Part shown: in pieces, positions 23,941 to 24,046 of the stretch
How the letters are laid out: each line of letters starts with the position of its first letter
Position numbering within the stretch: position 1 is the first letter of the stretch
Assembly (NCBI GenBank): GCA_046484865.1
Contig: JAWOID010000146.1
Span: forward strand, 1-24,046
Source: Candidatus Krumholzibacteriia bacterium
GTDB lineage: Bacteria > Krumholzibacteriota > Krumholzibacteriia > LZORAL124-64-63
Length of the DNA stretch: 24,046 nucleotides
Direction: 5' to 3'
Notes under the pieces: model-generated
Told to the model about the DNA's origin: nothing
Seen by the model: the letters and a program-made list of their open reading frames with translations, nothing else
The model's database searches: none
Program-made: the position numbers and the translations under genes

Positions 23941-24046
23941 ACTCAACCTAATTCGCCCCAGACGTCCTTCATTTTCCTGGGCTGCGATCATCACCAAAGC
24001 CTTTCCCGCAGAGCCGCGACCACGCTTACCCGGCTTTTCACCGCCA
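23941..24046 (-). mobile_element. Internal fragment of an IS1595-family (ISXO2-like DDE) transposase
   Basis: Minus-strand translation from 24045 gives GGEKPGKRGRGSAGKALVMIAAQENEGRLGRIRLS. This is the segment that follows the DETY motif in IS1595 transposases. Resemblance stops at about 23941. Confidence 0.8.

Overview
The window appears to be a composite of three segments. (1) 1-3240 has moderate GC and looks like Bacteroidota. It holds two minus-strand secreted or surface protein genes: a 5'-truncated T9SS type-A CTD protein with Ig-like and FN3 repeats, and a cleaved-adhesin/choice-of-anchor-J-like protein that runs off the left edge. (2) 3241-~23940 has very high GC; an FCB-group candidate lineage is inferred from its FlgD-Ig C-terminal domains. 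It contains a 5'-truncated lamin-tail/FlgD-Ig surface protein and a tightly packed six-gene minus-strand operon: FlgD-Ig lipoprotein, SH3 protein, M48 metalloprotease lipoprotein, CHASE2 adenylate cyclase, MBL-fold putative phosphodiesterase and MscS-cNMP channel. After that come a PLP aminotransferase, a small membrane protein, a Na/Pi cotransporter coupled to a methyltransferase, and a surface-glycan modification cluster (pyruvyl transferase family, SDR, methyltransferases, ATP-grasp, GT4, epimerase). (3) ~23941-24046 is an internal fragment of an IS1595-family transposase. The most interesting feature is the operon at 5516-11972, which looks like a self-contained cAMP circuit: periplasmic input, cyclase, eraser and cyclic-nucleotide-gated MscS-family effector. 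Both segment junctions cut genes mid-domain and are probably assembly or concatenation artefacts. All assignments are from motif recognition by eye; no searches were run.
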